IMG/VR virus record: IMGVR_UViG_3300030397_000846 | Span: 1-28,734 of that record | Source of the DNA: a virus | Lineage: Duplodnaviria > Caudoviricetes | Strand: one strand, 5' to 3' | DNA: 28,734 bases | In this document: positions 1 to 8,784 of the stretch, in pieces | How positions within the stretch are numbered: the first letter of the stretch is position 1 | Layout: each line of letters begins with the position of its first letter | Notes under the pieces: model-generated | The model's database searches: none | Told to the model about the DNA's origin: nothing | Seen by the model: the letters and a program-made list of their open reading frames with translations, nothing else | Translations under genes and position numbers: made by a program

Positions 1-11
1 GGCACGATAGT

Positions 12-40
12 TTGACTCAGAGGAGAGGATGTCCTATCGT
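12..40 (+). promoter_or_regulatory. Sigma70-like promoter for the plus-strand genes
   Basis: TTGACT (12-17), 17-nt spacer, TATCGT (35-40). AAGGAG SD at 75-80 and ATG at 88 follow. Confidence 0.6.
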
Positions 41-87
41 CCTCTTCGTCGCACAAGCGACAGCGTTACACAGAAGGAGCAAGAACT

Positions 88-1038
88 ATGGCAGCGGTGC
101 AATGGGAAACCGGCGATCGAGTCGAAGCATTCTTCGACGGATCACCCTACGCGGGGACGGTGAGGGGCAAGGGCAAAGGCAAACGAGTCAAAGTCCAGTT
201 CGACGACGGCGACGAAATGGACCTTCTGCCAAACGAACTCGTTGCCGTCGTCGACGAAGATGACGAAGCCGACGAGGCCCGTGGCTTCACTCAGTACGCG
301 GTTCACTGGGACGAAGACCACATCAACTTCAACGCCACAGTAGAAGACGGCATGGGCAATACTGCTGAATTCTACGGGCACTGGCGAAGGACGACTTTCC
401 AAAATCGAATACAGGGGTTCGCCATCGACATGTGGTGCCGCTTCGGTGGTTACCCCTACTCCGTCGAGTCATGCTTGTACGTGGACGATCCCCGTGAGAA
501 GCCCGCTTCGATGAACGCGGACATCTGCGCGATGATCAATCGCTTCCTCCACCAACGTCTCGACGATTCGGCGATGACGCTCGATGATCTGCGGAAGAAG
601 GCCGACCAACCCATTCTGGAACTCGACAGCCTGGCCGAACTCGACATGTTGATCCAGAAGCTCAGAGAGTTCCGCGCCCTCGGTGTCAGGACGGGTGGTA
701 CGAGGTGCGAAACCCTCGTCTGCTACGATGCCGAAGACGAGCGCACTCCGAAAATCGGACTCCGGCTCAACTTCACGACGTCTCTCGCGCTCGCGGGCGG
801 CGTTTCTGGGGAAGAGCCGATCACCGCCCCCACTGCACAAGAAAGCAAAGGCAAGCGCACTGGACGACGCGCGAAGACGTCCACCAAGAAGTCTGGGCGG
901 AAGCCGCGTGCGGACAAGCCCACTGGGACCATCGACGAGTTGCTGGCGGCGCTCAAGTCATCGAACGACGCCGGCGAGAAGCGCCGTATCCGTGCAGCGC
1001 TCCGCGCCGCGGGGCACACGGGCGGGCTCAAGAGGTAA
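88..1038 (+). CDS. Hypothetical protein: N-terminal Tudor/SH3-like domain, basic linker and short basic helical C-terminus (putative nucleic-acid binding)
   Basis: 316 aa with AAGGAG SD. N-terminus WETGDRVEAFFDGSPYAGTV...VKVQFDDGDEMDL fits the Tudor-like GdrVeA..y.g.v..V.FDDG pattern. K/R-rich linker, then IDELLAALKS...EKRRIRAALRAAG. Confidence 0.75.
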   Translation: MAAVQWETGDRVEAFFDGSPYAGTVRGKGKGKRVKVQFDDGDEMDLLPNELVAVVDEDDEADEARGFTQYAVHWDEDHINFNATVEDGMGNTAEFYGHWRRTTFQNRIQGFAIDMWCRFGGYPYSVESCLYVDDPREKPASMNADICAMINRFLHQRLDDSAMTLDDLRKKADQPILELDSLAELDMLIQKLREFRALGVRTGGTRCETLVCYDAEDERTPKIGLRLNFTTSLALAGGVSGEEPITAPTAQESKGKRTGRRAKTSTKKSGRKPRADKPTGTIDELLAALKSSNDAGEKRRIRAALRAAGHTGGLKR

Positions 1039-1052
1039 AGGAGTAGCGACGA

Positions 1053-1256
1053 ATGATCACTGGCAAGTACGACAAGAAGGCAGGCAAGATCTCTTTCACT
1101 CTCGACGTCGAAGAAGCGGGCAAGAAGTCGAAGTCCGGGAAGAACTTCGTCATCGCCAGCACGGGAGGCAACGTCGTCATCCAGGTCGACGGCCTGGGCG
1201 CTCTCTCCGTCGGGATCAACGCCTTCTCCAAGGAGGATCTCCTCGGCGAGAAGTGA
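1053..1256 (+). CDS. Small beta-rich hypothetical protein (SKSGK..IASTGGN motif)
   Basis: 67 aa with AAGGAG SD and strongly biased codons. The SKSGKxxxIASTxGN...xGxN pattern resembles a small uncharacterised family (from memory, not searched). Confidence 0.8.
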   Translation: MITGKYDKKAGKISFTLDVEEAGKKSKSGKNFVIASTGGNVVIQVDGLGALSVGINAFSKEDLLGEK

Positions 1257-1304
1257 TGGCGGCTCGTCTCTCGTGTATACTCGCACGCGAGCGACGAGAT
1301 GCCA
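1257..1304 (+). other. Stem-loop in the 3' UTR of the plus-strand operon
   Basis: CTCGTC/GACGAG plus CTCGTGT/ACGCGAG (1263-1298), flanked by TGGC/GCCA. Confidence 0.45.
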
Positions 1305-1323
1305 ATTCCCGACGCTTGGTTGG

Positions 1324-1357
1324 GCCCCCGATTGCCGTAACAGTCGGGGGCTTTTTT
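1324..1357 (+). terminator. Rho-independent terminator
   Basis: 11-bp stem GCCCCCGATTG/CAGTCGGGGGC (one G-U pair), 6-nt loop, then TTTTTT. It lies between convergent operons. Confidence 0.9.
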
Positions 1358-1478
1358 ATGGCGTCTCAGGATCGTCCCTAAGCGATTTTCGGGACGACAG
1401 GGGGGAATCCTCACATATTAGCGGGAATCGCAACTGGGAGCGATTTAGGATGCCTCTCGACGACGATGAGTTGACGTC

Positions 1479-1802
1479 TCACTTCGAGGGGTCTGAGATC
1501 TCTTTTGAAGCTCTCATTCGCCGATCGCGGGGCTTTCTCGCGGCTTGTCTCTGGGGGGCAGTCAAGTCACCCAAGTCAGTGAGAAGTTGGTTGAAGCTGT
1601 CCCGATCAGCGGCATCGCGAGAGAGAGCTTCCAGGACGTGGTCGTCGGTGGGCTCGTCGTCTCTTGCAACGAAGAGTTTCTGGTCCACCCGATCGTAGAA
1701 TGCCAGGTCGTCACCCTTTTGCCAGAGTTGAACTCTGAGGTTACTACCTCCATCGCTCAACATGCTCCAGCCATTCGACGTCAATTCTGATCGAGTAGGC
1801 AT
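1479..1802 (-). CDS. Hypothetical protein, last gene of the tail operon (107 aa)
   Basis: Start re-assigned to the ATG at 1802 (MPTRSEL...), which overlaps the upstream TGA (TGATG) and has a GGAGA SD. Confidence 0.7.
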   Translation of the reverse strand: MPTRSELTSNGWSMLSDGGSNLRVQLWQKGDDLAFYDRVDQKLFVARDDEPTDDHVLEALSRDAADRDSFNQLLTDLGDLTAPQRQAARKPRDRRMRASKEISDPSK

Positions 1803-2470
1803 CAGAGAATCTCCATCAGAGTGCCGAGGAACTTCACGTAGTGGTTTGCAGACGCGAGGGACCCGGGCGAACTCGAACCGTTCTTCCAACCCACGACCTT
1901 GATTCTCTCATCGGTCAGAGTGATCAACGGGTTTTCGATTGTACCTCTCTGACGATCATAGACCATTGTCTCAGTGCTGTTAGCGGTGTGAGTCGATGCG
2001 GTCATCAAATGATCCCCGCCGGTAGCATCGAGATAGGGTTGGACTGAGTAAGTGCCCGACGCTGCATTGCCACTCTTCCAGGCAATAAAGCAAGCGGTGA
2101 CCAGGACCTTCTCCGTTGCTGCGATCAGGTCACCGAGGGTTGTCGTCGTAGAATCGTAGATGCCGTTTCGAACCGAGTTGACGGCAGTCGCATTCGAGTT
2201 GCGAAACCACATCGACCAGGGCGAGATCTCAGCCAACCAGTCAGTGCCGTCGAAGAGGATGAAGGTCTCTTTGTCCATCGAATAGAGACGGTCACCAGCA
2301 GCCGGAGCCTTGTCGATCCACGAGCCACCACGATAGACAGTGACGTGATCAGCAGTCTTGCCAGCCCAGCCACCAGAAGGTGAGTCACCAACAATGTGGA
2401 CATCACCTTCGACAGGAGACACCGGCGGGGTGTTCTGCTTTGCGTTGGTCTTGAGTGCCAGCTCAGCCAT
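1802..2470 (-). CDS. DUF2793-domain tail fiber / receptor-binding protein 2
   Basis: N-terminal NTPPVSPVEGDVHIVGDSPSGGWAGK...YRGGSWIDKAPAAGDRLY...FDGTDW is DUF2793-like. The C-terminus is a distinct beta-rich domain. Confidence 0.8.
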   Translation of the reverse strand: MAELALKTNAKQNTPPVSPVEGDVHIVGDSPSGGWAGKTADHVTVYRGGSWIDKAPAAGDRLYSMDKETFILFDGTDWLAEISPWSMWFRNSNATAVNSVRNGIYDSTTTTLGDLIAATEKVLVTACFIAWKSGNAASGTYSVQPYLDATGGDHLMTASTHTANSTETMVYDRQRGTIENPLITLTDERIKVVGWKNGSSSPGSLASANHYVKFLGTLMEIL

Positions 2471-2472
2471 GG

Positions 2473-3165
2473 TCAGACCTTTCCGTATTCGATTCGGACA
2501 TCGCAGACGATGTCACTTGCATTCCAGTTCGTGTTCATCGAGATCACAGTGGAGGTGATGAACATGTCGACTTCGAAGAGGCCGGCACTAAGGATCCAAG
2601 ACGGATTGCCGTGGATCACATCGTTGGCATCGTCGACGGCAGAGATGTCCCATCGACCGAACTTGCTGAAGTCGATCGTGGTGATTCCGTGAGCAACAGT
2701 CTTGGTGGTGGCATTCGGCATAGCTCCGAAGTTCACCGTCTTCGAGTAGATCTTATTGCCCGCTCGATCGTACTTGCCCGTCCAGTGTTCTGTCGTTGAC
2801 CAGCGGTCTTGTACGGGATGCCATTCATCTTCGACGGGTGAGAAGTTGATCATCTCCTTGGCGTTTCGATCGAACGCGGAGACAGCGATGTTGAGCCCAG
2901 TCGAATACGGGTCGAAGAAGAACCAGCCTTGGAGATAGAAGGCAATCTTGTTCGCTTGACCCGCCCAAACTCCAGTCGGACTCGCGCCCGTGACCCAAGA
3001 CTGGCCATCACTCGGAGACACAGGCGGAGTGTTGAGCGCGAATTGTTCGATGGTAAGACTGCCCATGAACGCTTCCATCTTCTGGATGAATGCGTTAATG
3101 GTCACCTCCGCGCTGTCCTGAGACTCGGTAAGAAGTGCGAGCCCGAACTTTGCTGAATTGGGCAT
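2473..3165 (-). CDS. DUF2793-domain tail fiber / receptor-binding protein 1
   Basis: GLALLTESQDSAEVTINA...NTPPVSPSDGQSWVTGASPTGVWAGQANKIAFYLQGWFF matches DUF2793. The C-terminus (WSTTEHWTG...IYSKTVNFGAMPNATTKTVAHGI...VRIEY) resembles a common phage fiber head domain. Confidence 0.85.
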   Translation of the reverse strand: MPNSAKFGLALLTESQDSAEVTINAFIQKMEAFMGSLTIEQFALNTPPVSPSDGQSWVTGASPTGVWAGQANKIAFYLQGWFFFDPYSTGLNIAVSAFDRNAKEMINFSPVEDEWHPVQDRWSTTEHWTGKYDRAGNKIYSKTVNFGAMPNATTKTVAHGITTIDFSKFGRWDISAVDDANDVIHGNPSWILSAGLFEVDMFITSTVISMNTNWNASDIVCDVRIEYGKV

Positions 3166-3168
3166 AGT

Positions 3169-5760
3169 CTAAGTTCCTGACACTTGTGATGTCGTCGGAG
3201 CATTGCCCCGTCCGATCGTAGCGTTCATCTGGAACACGCTCCAATCGAAGGGCGATACTCCAGCGGTCAACCCATCCGCTGTTTGCATTGCAGCGGTGTA
3301 TACGAATGACTGAGCACCCGTCACAGTCTCAGTCCGAAGGACAGTCGATGTTCCCGCGGTGTAGATCTCTACTTCATAGATCTCTGTAGGCTCTACGAGA
3401 GGACAAGCCTCAGGGCCCAAGATCTTGCAAACTGCACGACTCCTCCGATTCCAGCTCAGAGTCACATCGTCAGTAGACGGAACCTCCCGTTCCGCTGCAA
3501 GATGAGAAGGCGCGAAAGGCGTTGTCGATTTGCCTGCGATAGTGATCGACTGTGAGTCGTAGTCTGCCTCGTTGCCGCCCGATGGGACCATCTTCGTGTG
3601 GAACGTCGTCCCAATCCGAGAGACGTTCAAAGCCTTACTGATCAGTCCACCACCGTTGAGATGGACGACTCTCTCGCCAGCAGTATGGCCCGTAATCGGT
3701 GTGTCTCGAAGACCCCGAATCAGCTTGTCGAGTCTCCATTGGTTCTCACCAACCAGTGTCACGTTCTGGAAGCCGATGATCTCATCGCCAATGAGAAGTC
3801 GATTCTGGCCATTGAGGACTTCAAGCTCGGTCTTGCTTTCGAGCACCCCGTGGAACATGTCAACAATGACGGTATTGATCTCGTCCCAGAACCCAACCGT
3901 CGCACTTCCGCTCAGAGCATCGACGGCAAAACCAATGTTGGCTTCTCTGGGCAACGTGTCGAAGAGAAAGAAGTCAATGTCATCGGAGGACTCGAAGATC
4001 GATGCACCGCCCCAGAAGATATTCGGATCTTGGACAACTCCACCTCCGATGACGACTGGCACTCCGACCTGAGTCGTGACCGAGTCATCGATCGGCGGAA
4101 TATCAATCACCTGATGACTTGTTGCCGGAGGTATGAAGATCGTCGGGTCAGCTTGGACTGGGCTTTCAGCTTGAGCTGGTTGAATAAGAGCCGACTTGAG
4201 TTCGACGGTGCACTCGAATCGGATGATGAACTCGTCGGATCTGTCGATCTTGTGAACGAGTAAGAACCAGGTAATCCCACTCAAGGTAAATCTGAGGACA
4301 TCGTTCTTCTGGACGTGGACGTATCTGACACCGAGCTGGAGAAAGATCCTTTGACGAGAATTGACGGCAGTCCACAGAACACGCTTCGCGATCGATCGAG
4401 CTTCCGCACCGCCGCCGTTCAATACCAGTGGAAGGTTCAGGGTCTGGACGGCATCGATGTCGAAGATTCGCCGACGTTCTCTCTGGTTGCCCCTCTGGTC
4501 ATCCAGTTCGTTGTCGAGGTATGAGACGTTGACTTCGCTCGGCAAACGAATCGATTCGATGGGCTCGATGGCAATATCGCGTGGAGTCTCTTCGCCCTCG
4601 AGATGAGAAGCAAGATCTTCAACGGCCACATCGATGATAGTGGCATTGCGACGTTCGAAGAATCTCAATCCACCGCTGGACGTGTGCTGCTCGATGACAT
4701 CGAATGCAGTGGACAGGGGCTGTAGAGATTTGGTAGTCGCTTCGGGACCTGCAATCGAATAGCCATCGACGGTCAAGTCTGAAAGGTCGGTGACATCGTA
4801 GTCACTTGCAGAGAGGCCTCCACGCTGCAACAAAGAAGCGAACGCCGTGGAGACAGCGCTGGAGCCCGCGCTCGCAAGGAAGTTCAGTTGAGGAATACGG
4901 TTTCCGTGTTGCCGAAGAGAAAGCTCCTCGATCGAAGCATAAGCAAGTCCGCGGAATCCGGGGACATTGCCTGCACCCTCGAAAGACTCGATCAAAGGAT
5001 CGGCTGCCTGAGTGTCAGTTCCCAGATAGATGGTGATGTCCTTCATATCGGCAGTGGTAAAGTCGGGGAAGTCCTGGAACAGAGTGACACTCTGACCAGC
5101 CGCTTCATCTACTGCCGCACCGTTATCAATACGGACTCGGCTCGTCCCAGTCGCCGCATTGAAGCTCGACGAAATGACATCGAATGTGCCGTTGTTTGCA
5201 CCGTTGCTAAAACCGGACACATCGATCGTCAATCCTGCTTTGAAGACTGAGAGATCTGGCCCACCGTTCGGGGACTTGAGGTCGGTTATATTACCGCTGA
5301 TCTTGTCGCATTCGATCTGGTTACTCGACACGTTTTGGTCTACACCAGACTCATAGATCTTCTTGCCTTCGGCAATGATCTTATCGAGGCTGGTGATCTG
5401 CTGACGTCCGGCAAATGCGATGGCAACCGATACGAAGTAATTGTACCCGATCGTCTGACTGCCGCCTCCTCCGCCTTTGCCACCCCCTCCGCTGGTCTCT
5501 TCGACCTCGATCAGGTCAGAGACCCAGATGATAGTTCCTGCCACCCGATTGTTCGGGCCGACAAGGAAGTTCATCGGGGCACCTTCTTCGGCGTTCTGGA
5601 TTCTCAGTTCGTTGAGCCGTGGGCCTTCGATGTCGGGCTGAGGGAAGAGAGCAGGCAAAAGGAACTGCTGGTCGATGTACGCACCGAGAGCCGTCAGAAC
5701 GAACTGGGCACCAGGGATCGGGATGATGCTCCCGACTACGGTTCCAACTACTGTTGCCAT
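3169..5760 (-). CDS. Tail tip / central tail fiber protein (lambda J-like, RcGTA g15 'megatron'-like, lacking the TIM-barrel region)
   Basis: 863 aa. Motifs EGPRLNELRIQ..EEGAP..RVAGTIIW, IYLGTDTQAADPLIE..PGFRGLAY..L..HGNRIPQLNF, LPSEVNVSY and ELEVLNGQNRLLIGDEIIGFQNVTLV..W.L..LIRGL. Located after NlpC/P60. Confidence 0.9.
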   Translation of the reverse strand: MATVVGTVVGSIIPIPGAQFVLTALGAYIDQQFLLPALFPQPDIEGPRLNELRIQNAEEGAPMNFLVGPNNRVAGTIIWVSDLIEVEETSGGGGKGGGGGSQTIGYNYFVSVAIAFAGRQQITSLDKIIAEGKKIYESGVDQNVSSNQIECDKISGNITDLKSPNGGPDLSVFKAGLTIDVSGFSNGANNGTFDVISSSFNAATGTSRVRIDNGAAVDEAAGQSVTLFQDFPDFTTADMKDITIYLGTDTQAADPLIESFEGAGNVPGFRGLAYASIEELSLRQHGNRIPQLNFLASAGSSAVSTAFASLLQRGGLSASDYDVTDLSDLTVDGYSIAGPEATTKSLQPLSTAFDVIEQHTSSGGLRFFERRNATIIDVAVEDLASHLEGEETPRDIAIEPIESIRLPSEVNVSYLDNELDDQRGNQRERRRIFDIDAVQTLNLPLVLNGGGAEARSIAKRVLWTAVNSRQRIFLQLGVRYVHVQKNDVLRFTLSGITWFLLVHKIDRSDEFIIRFECTVELKSALIQPAQAESPVQADPTIFIPPATSHQVIDIPPIDDSVTTQVGVPVVIGGGVVQDPNIFWGGASIFESSDDIDFFLFDTLPREANIGFAVDALSGSATVGFWDEINTVIVDMFHGVLESKTELEVLNGQNRLLIGDEIIGFQNVTLVGENQWRLDKLIRGLRDTPITGHTAGERVVHLNGGGLISKALNVSRIGTTFHTKMVPSGGNEADYDSQSITIAGKSTTPFAPSHLAAEREVPSTDDVTLSWNRRSRAVCKILGPEACPLVEPTEIYEVEIYTAGTSTVLRTETVTGAQSFVYTAAMQTADGLTAGVSPFDWSVFQMNATIGRGNAPTTSQVSGT

Positions 5761-6179
5761 TCGACTGGATACTCCCAGACGCTATGGAGCTTTGCGAGCC
5801 ACTTATGGTTGATCTCGTGCTCCACCACTTTTCTCACGCCCGCGTGCGTATGCACCATGCGCGTAGGCGACACAGCCACGGCGACATGCTGAGGGTTGTC
5901 TTTCTTGAACTCGAAGACGAGGATCCGACCCTCGATGATCTCCAAGTCTTCACATCGTACAAGCCCGGCTGTTTCCAAGCGGTCAATGAGAATGCCAGTG
6001 GGCTTTGTCTTATAGCAGGTGTCGTCTTTGTGCGGTATTTCCAACTGGCGAGCCGTGCATGTGATGACGCCAATACAGTCGATCCCAATCCCAGGAAGTC
6101 GTCCTTGGTGGACGTACTTGGTTTCGAGTAGTGACCGCACATAACGGACAACGTCATCTCTGTGGAGTTTGGAGGACAC
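5748..6179 (-). CDS. NlpC/P60 family tail-associated peptidase (RcGTA g14-like)
   Basis: YVHQGRLPGIGIDCIGV (catalytic Cys), PQHVAV (His), MVHTH, VVEH. Start uncertain; GTG at 6179 chosen. Confidence 0.9.
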   Translation of the reverse strand: MSSKLHRDDVVRYVRSLLETKYVHQGRLPGIGIDCIGVITCTARQLEIPHKDDTCYKTKPTGILIDRLETAGLVRCEDLEIIEGRILVFEFKKDNPQHVAVAVSPTRMVHTHAGVRKVVEHEINHKWLAKLHSVWEYPVEWQQ

Positions 6180-7029
6180 GGTCGTTCCCGGGCATGAATG
6201 GTTGCCCGCCATAGTTGGGGATGTTCGAGAATTTGTTTATACAGGTAGTCCTGAGCTTGTTGCACCCCGCGATAATGGTGAAGGTGTCGTTCGCATTGAC
6301 CACGAACGGAAATGGAACCTGGAGTTCGATCCGACGATCGAGCTGGGTATAGATCTTGATGTCACGCTTTAGACCGTTGTTTGCACCAGAGGTCATCTCG
6401 ACCTCACCCTCATCAAAAAACCCGTCAGCGAATGTGCCGCTCAGATCGATAGGGTCAGCAAGAATGATGCGGCGCTTTTCACCGTCAACCATTCCCAAGA
6501 CGTCAACGGCAGTAGTGGTAAACGAAGAGAGGTTCACCTTGCAGTCTGAATCACCAAGGTCGTAGAGACAGTTCCGAGCAAAGACATCACCAACACGTTG
6601 CCGCAAGAATCGAGAGACATCGGTCAGGCTTGCTTGCCACTCTTCACCGTTGAATTTCAAACCAGCGATCCAGAACTTGAGGGTCTGGATTGCACCGGCG
6701 AATGGAACTCTCCAATCGAAGAGATGCTCCAACACCACTGACTCTTCGTATCGTCCAGCTATCAGATCAGCTTCGGTAATGTGGTCTGAATTGATGACCC
6801 CGTTGAACTGAACCTCTGATTCCTTGAGGGCATCTTCTTCGCGGCGAGCACTGACGTTGAATCCGCCTACAGGAGTGTAGTCGTTTCCGGTGTTCCCGAT
6901 GTCCACGACGTTGCTGTGGTCGGTGAATCGCTTCACTGTCCCGTCGGGACGTGTGATCTGCCAAGCATGCGAGAGCCGAAGCCCTTGCTGGTTGACGATC
7001 TCAAGAAGGTTACCCGGATGTGAGTGCAT
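6154..7029 (-). CDS. Baseplate hub protein (DUF2163 / BR0599 family, RcGTA g13-like)
   Basis: AWQITRPDG..RFTDH, ITEADLIAGRY, C.YDLGDSDCKV, TSGANNG and GCNKLRTTCINKFSNIPNYGGQPFMPG with four conserved Cys. Start set at ATG 7029 after GAGG. Confidence 0.92.
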   Translation of the reverse strand: MHSHPGNLLEIVNQQGLRLSHAWQITRPDGTVKRFTDHSNVVDIGNTGNDYTPVGGFNVSARREEDALKESEVQFNGVINSDHITEADLIAGRYEESVVLEHLFDWRVPFAGAIQTLKFWIAGLKFNGEEWQASLTDVSRFLRQRVGDVFARNCLYDLGDSDCKVNLSSFTTTAVDVLGMVDGEKRRIILADPIDLSGTFADGFFDEGEVEMTSGANNGLKRDIKIYTQLDRRIELQVPFPFVVNANDTFTIIAGCNKLRTTCINKFSNIPNYGGQPFMPGNDRVLQTPQR

Positions 7030-7606
7030 CCCTCGCCTCTGCAATGATAGCCTTGTGACCTCGATCGACGAGCGCGTCGACTTCTTCGCGAGTGGCCGCG
7101 GGCACGAAGCTCGGACGGTTCTCGAAATCGTGAATCACGGTCTTTCTACCTGAGTCTTCCTTGATCTCTGAGAGAATCCTCTTCCTTGATGCCGGGGGAA
7201 GGGAGGTGATCAGTTCGAAGGTCGATCGATCGAGTCTGCCAGTGGCAACAAGATCCATGGCGATGTCCTGACGAACCTTCGCCTCCCAGTATTCGCTGGA
7301 GAGTTGGTCTTCATCGAGTTCACCAAGCTCATCCTTGGCCTTTGTCGCGATGATGAAGATCTGGCAGAACTCTCGGAACATCGTTCGGAAGCTGACCTCA
7401 TCGGCAAACTTCTTGTGATCGGGCCTCTCGTCCGACATCTTCTCGATGGCGTCGCAAAGGGTCTCGAACCTGGTGAACAGTTCTCGGAGCGCTTGCTTGT
7501 ACACTCCGTAGAGAGTCGGTTGCCTACCGAGAATGAACCTCTCGACTTGGAAAGCCGAGTGACGGGGGTTGTAGTCTTGCGCAAGGCGATCGAGTTCACG
7601 GGTCAT
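7010..7606 (-). CDS. Hypothetical alpha-helical protein coupled to the Kelch gene
   Basis: 198 aa with GGAG SD, ATGA-overlapping the Kelch stop. N-terminal motif HSAFQVERFILGRQPTLYGVYKQALREL. Confidence 0.8.
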   Translation of the reverse strand: MTRELDRLAQDYNPRHSAFQVERFILGRQPTLYGVYKQALRELFTRFETLCDAIEKMSDERPDHKKFADEVSFRTMFREFCQIFIIATKAKDELGELDEDQLSSEYWEAKVRQDIAMDLVATGRLDRSTFELITSLPPASRKRILSEIKEDSGRKTVIHDFENRPSFVPAATREEVDALVDRGHKAIIAEARDALTSG

Positions 7607-8784
7607 AGTGCTACTCCAGTACCCATAGTCTCTGCCTGTGATGCGGGCATCACTCCAATCGAAGCCCAGCTTCCTCCGGCGTTGAACTCATGTGAGGTGT
7701 TAGTGGCGGCATCTCCATTGTCAAACCCGCCACAGTAGAAACCATATCCAGACGAGCCGATCATCGAGCCCGCATATCTCTCTGCCGGCAGAGCAGTCTG
7801 GACCGTCCACGAGTCGCTGGTCGGGTCGTACAACTCGACGTCGTCGTGGTAAGTTGCATCATCGTCATAGCCACCCCCCGCAAGCACACCCGATCGGTTG
7901 TACTTTGCAGAGGCGACGTTGGCTCTTGCAGTCCCCGAGTAGAACGTCAGGTTTTCGTAGGTATCGTCGGTGGGGAAATACTTCGTGCAAGGTTGGGTCA
8001 AAGGTAGACCGCAGATCAGGTAGATTCGGTCATTGATCACCGAGGCACTGAACTTGGAGCGCTCGTGCGGAAGGTCTGCGATGTTACTCGACCACGAATC
8101 GAGGACAGGGCTGTAGTCTTCGCATACACGAGTCCCTCCCCCAAAGACGATCCCAACGTTCCCTACTGATCCCGCGTCCGCCTGGAAGTGTTCTGTGTTC
8201 GCGTCAGTGAGATTGGTCCACGTGTCTGTTGACGGGGGGTCGTATCGCTCCAAGTTGATCGCAAATGCCGCCGCGTCGTCACCCACTGCATACAAAGACC
8301 CACCGTAGACAAATCCAGCGACCGCTTCGCGAGATCTGTTCGGACGATTGACACCTGACCAAGATCGAGCACTGACATCCCATTCGGAATTGACTGCTGT
8401 GCCGGGATGGCTATATGCGACGTAAAGGTCCTTCTGGTCGATCAGTCCCGTCGAGGCGGTTCCCTCTGTTTTGACGGGTGTGACTTTCCATGTCCCTGCC
8501 TCTGTTGTGTTGTCGAGCAGGTAAACCGTACAGAGTGTATTAGCCACATTGAAGGTGGCAATGAAAGCACTCGTGGCAGTTTGAAGTGTGAAGCCGGAAG
8601 AGCTTGGCTCATTCCAGATGACGAAGATTGGACCACCGACTTTCAGAAGGCGAGCGTCAGGAAGACGGACTGCCGTGAACGAGTTCGTTCCGAATCTGTA
8701 GACGATGGGACCTGGCCACAGATCGAATGGGCCATCGCCTGAAAGATAGACAGCACCACGATAATGTCCAACAGCACTTGTCAT
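7603..8784 (-). CDS. Kelch-repeat beta-propeller protein with N-terminal beta-domain (putative baseplate adhesin)
   Basis: About six repeats with hydrophobic-GG...Y(D)P..D.W signatures (LERYDPPSTDTW, IVFGGG..EDYSPVLDSW, VLAGGG..VELYDPTSDSW, FYCGG..GSW). Start set at ATG 8784 (ATGA overlap, AAGGAG SD). Confidence 0.85.
   Translation of the reverse strand: MTSAVGHYRGAVYLSGDGPFDLWPGPIVYRFGTNSFTAVRLPDARLLKVGGPIFVIWNEPSSSGFTLQTATSAFIATFNVANTLCTVYLLDNTTEAGTWKVTPVKTEGTASTGLIDQKDLYVAYSHPGTAVNSEWDVSARSWSGVNRPNRSREAVAGFVYGGSLYAVGDDAAAFAINLERYDPPSTDTWTNLTDANTEHFQADAGSVGNVGIVFGGGTRVCEDYSPVLDSWSSNIADLPHERSKFSASVINDRIYLICGLPLTQPCTKYFPTDDTYENLTFYSGTARANVASAKYNRSGVLAGGGYDDDATYHDDVELYDPTSDSWTVQTALPAERYAGSMIGSSGYGFYCGGFDNGDAATNTSHEFNAGGSWASIGVMPASQAETMGTGVAL

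Noticed and set aside
1802-3165. Diversity-generating retroelement, considered because the capsid is BPP-1-like and there are two fiber genes
   Set aside because: No reverse transcriptase and no TR/VR repeat pair with adenine-specific mismatches is visible in the window.
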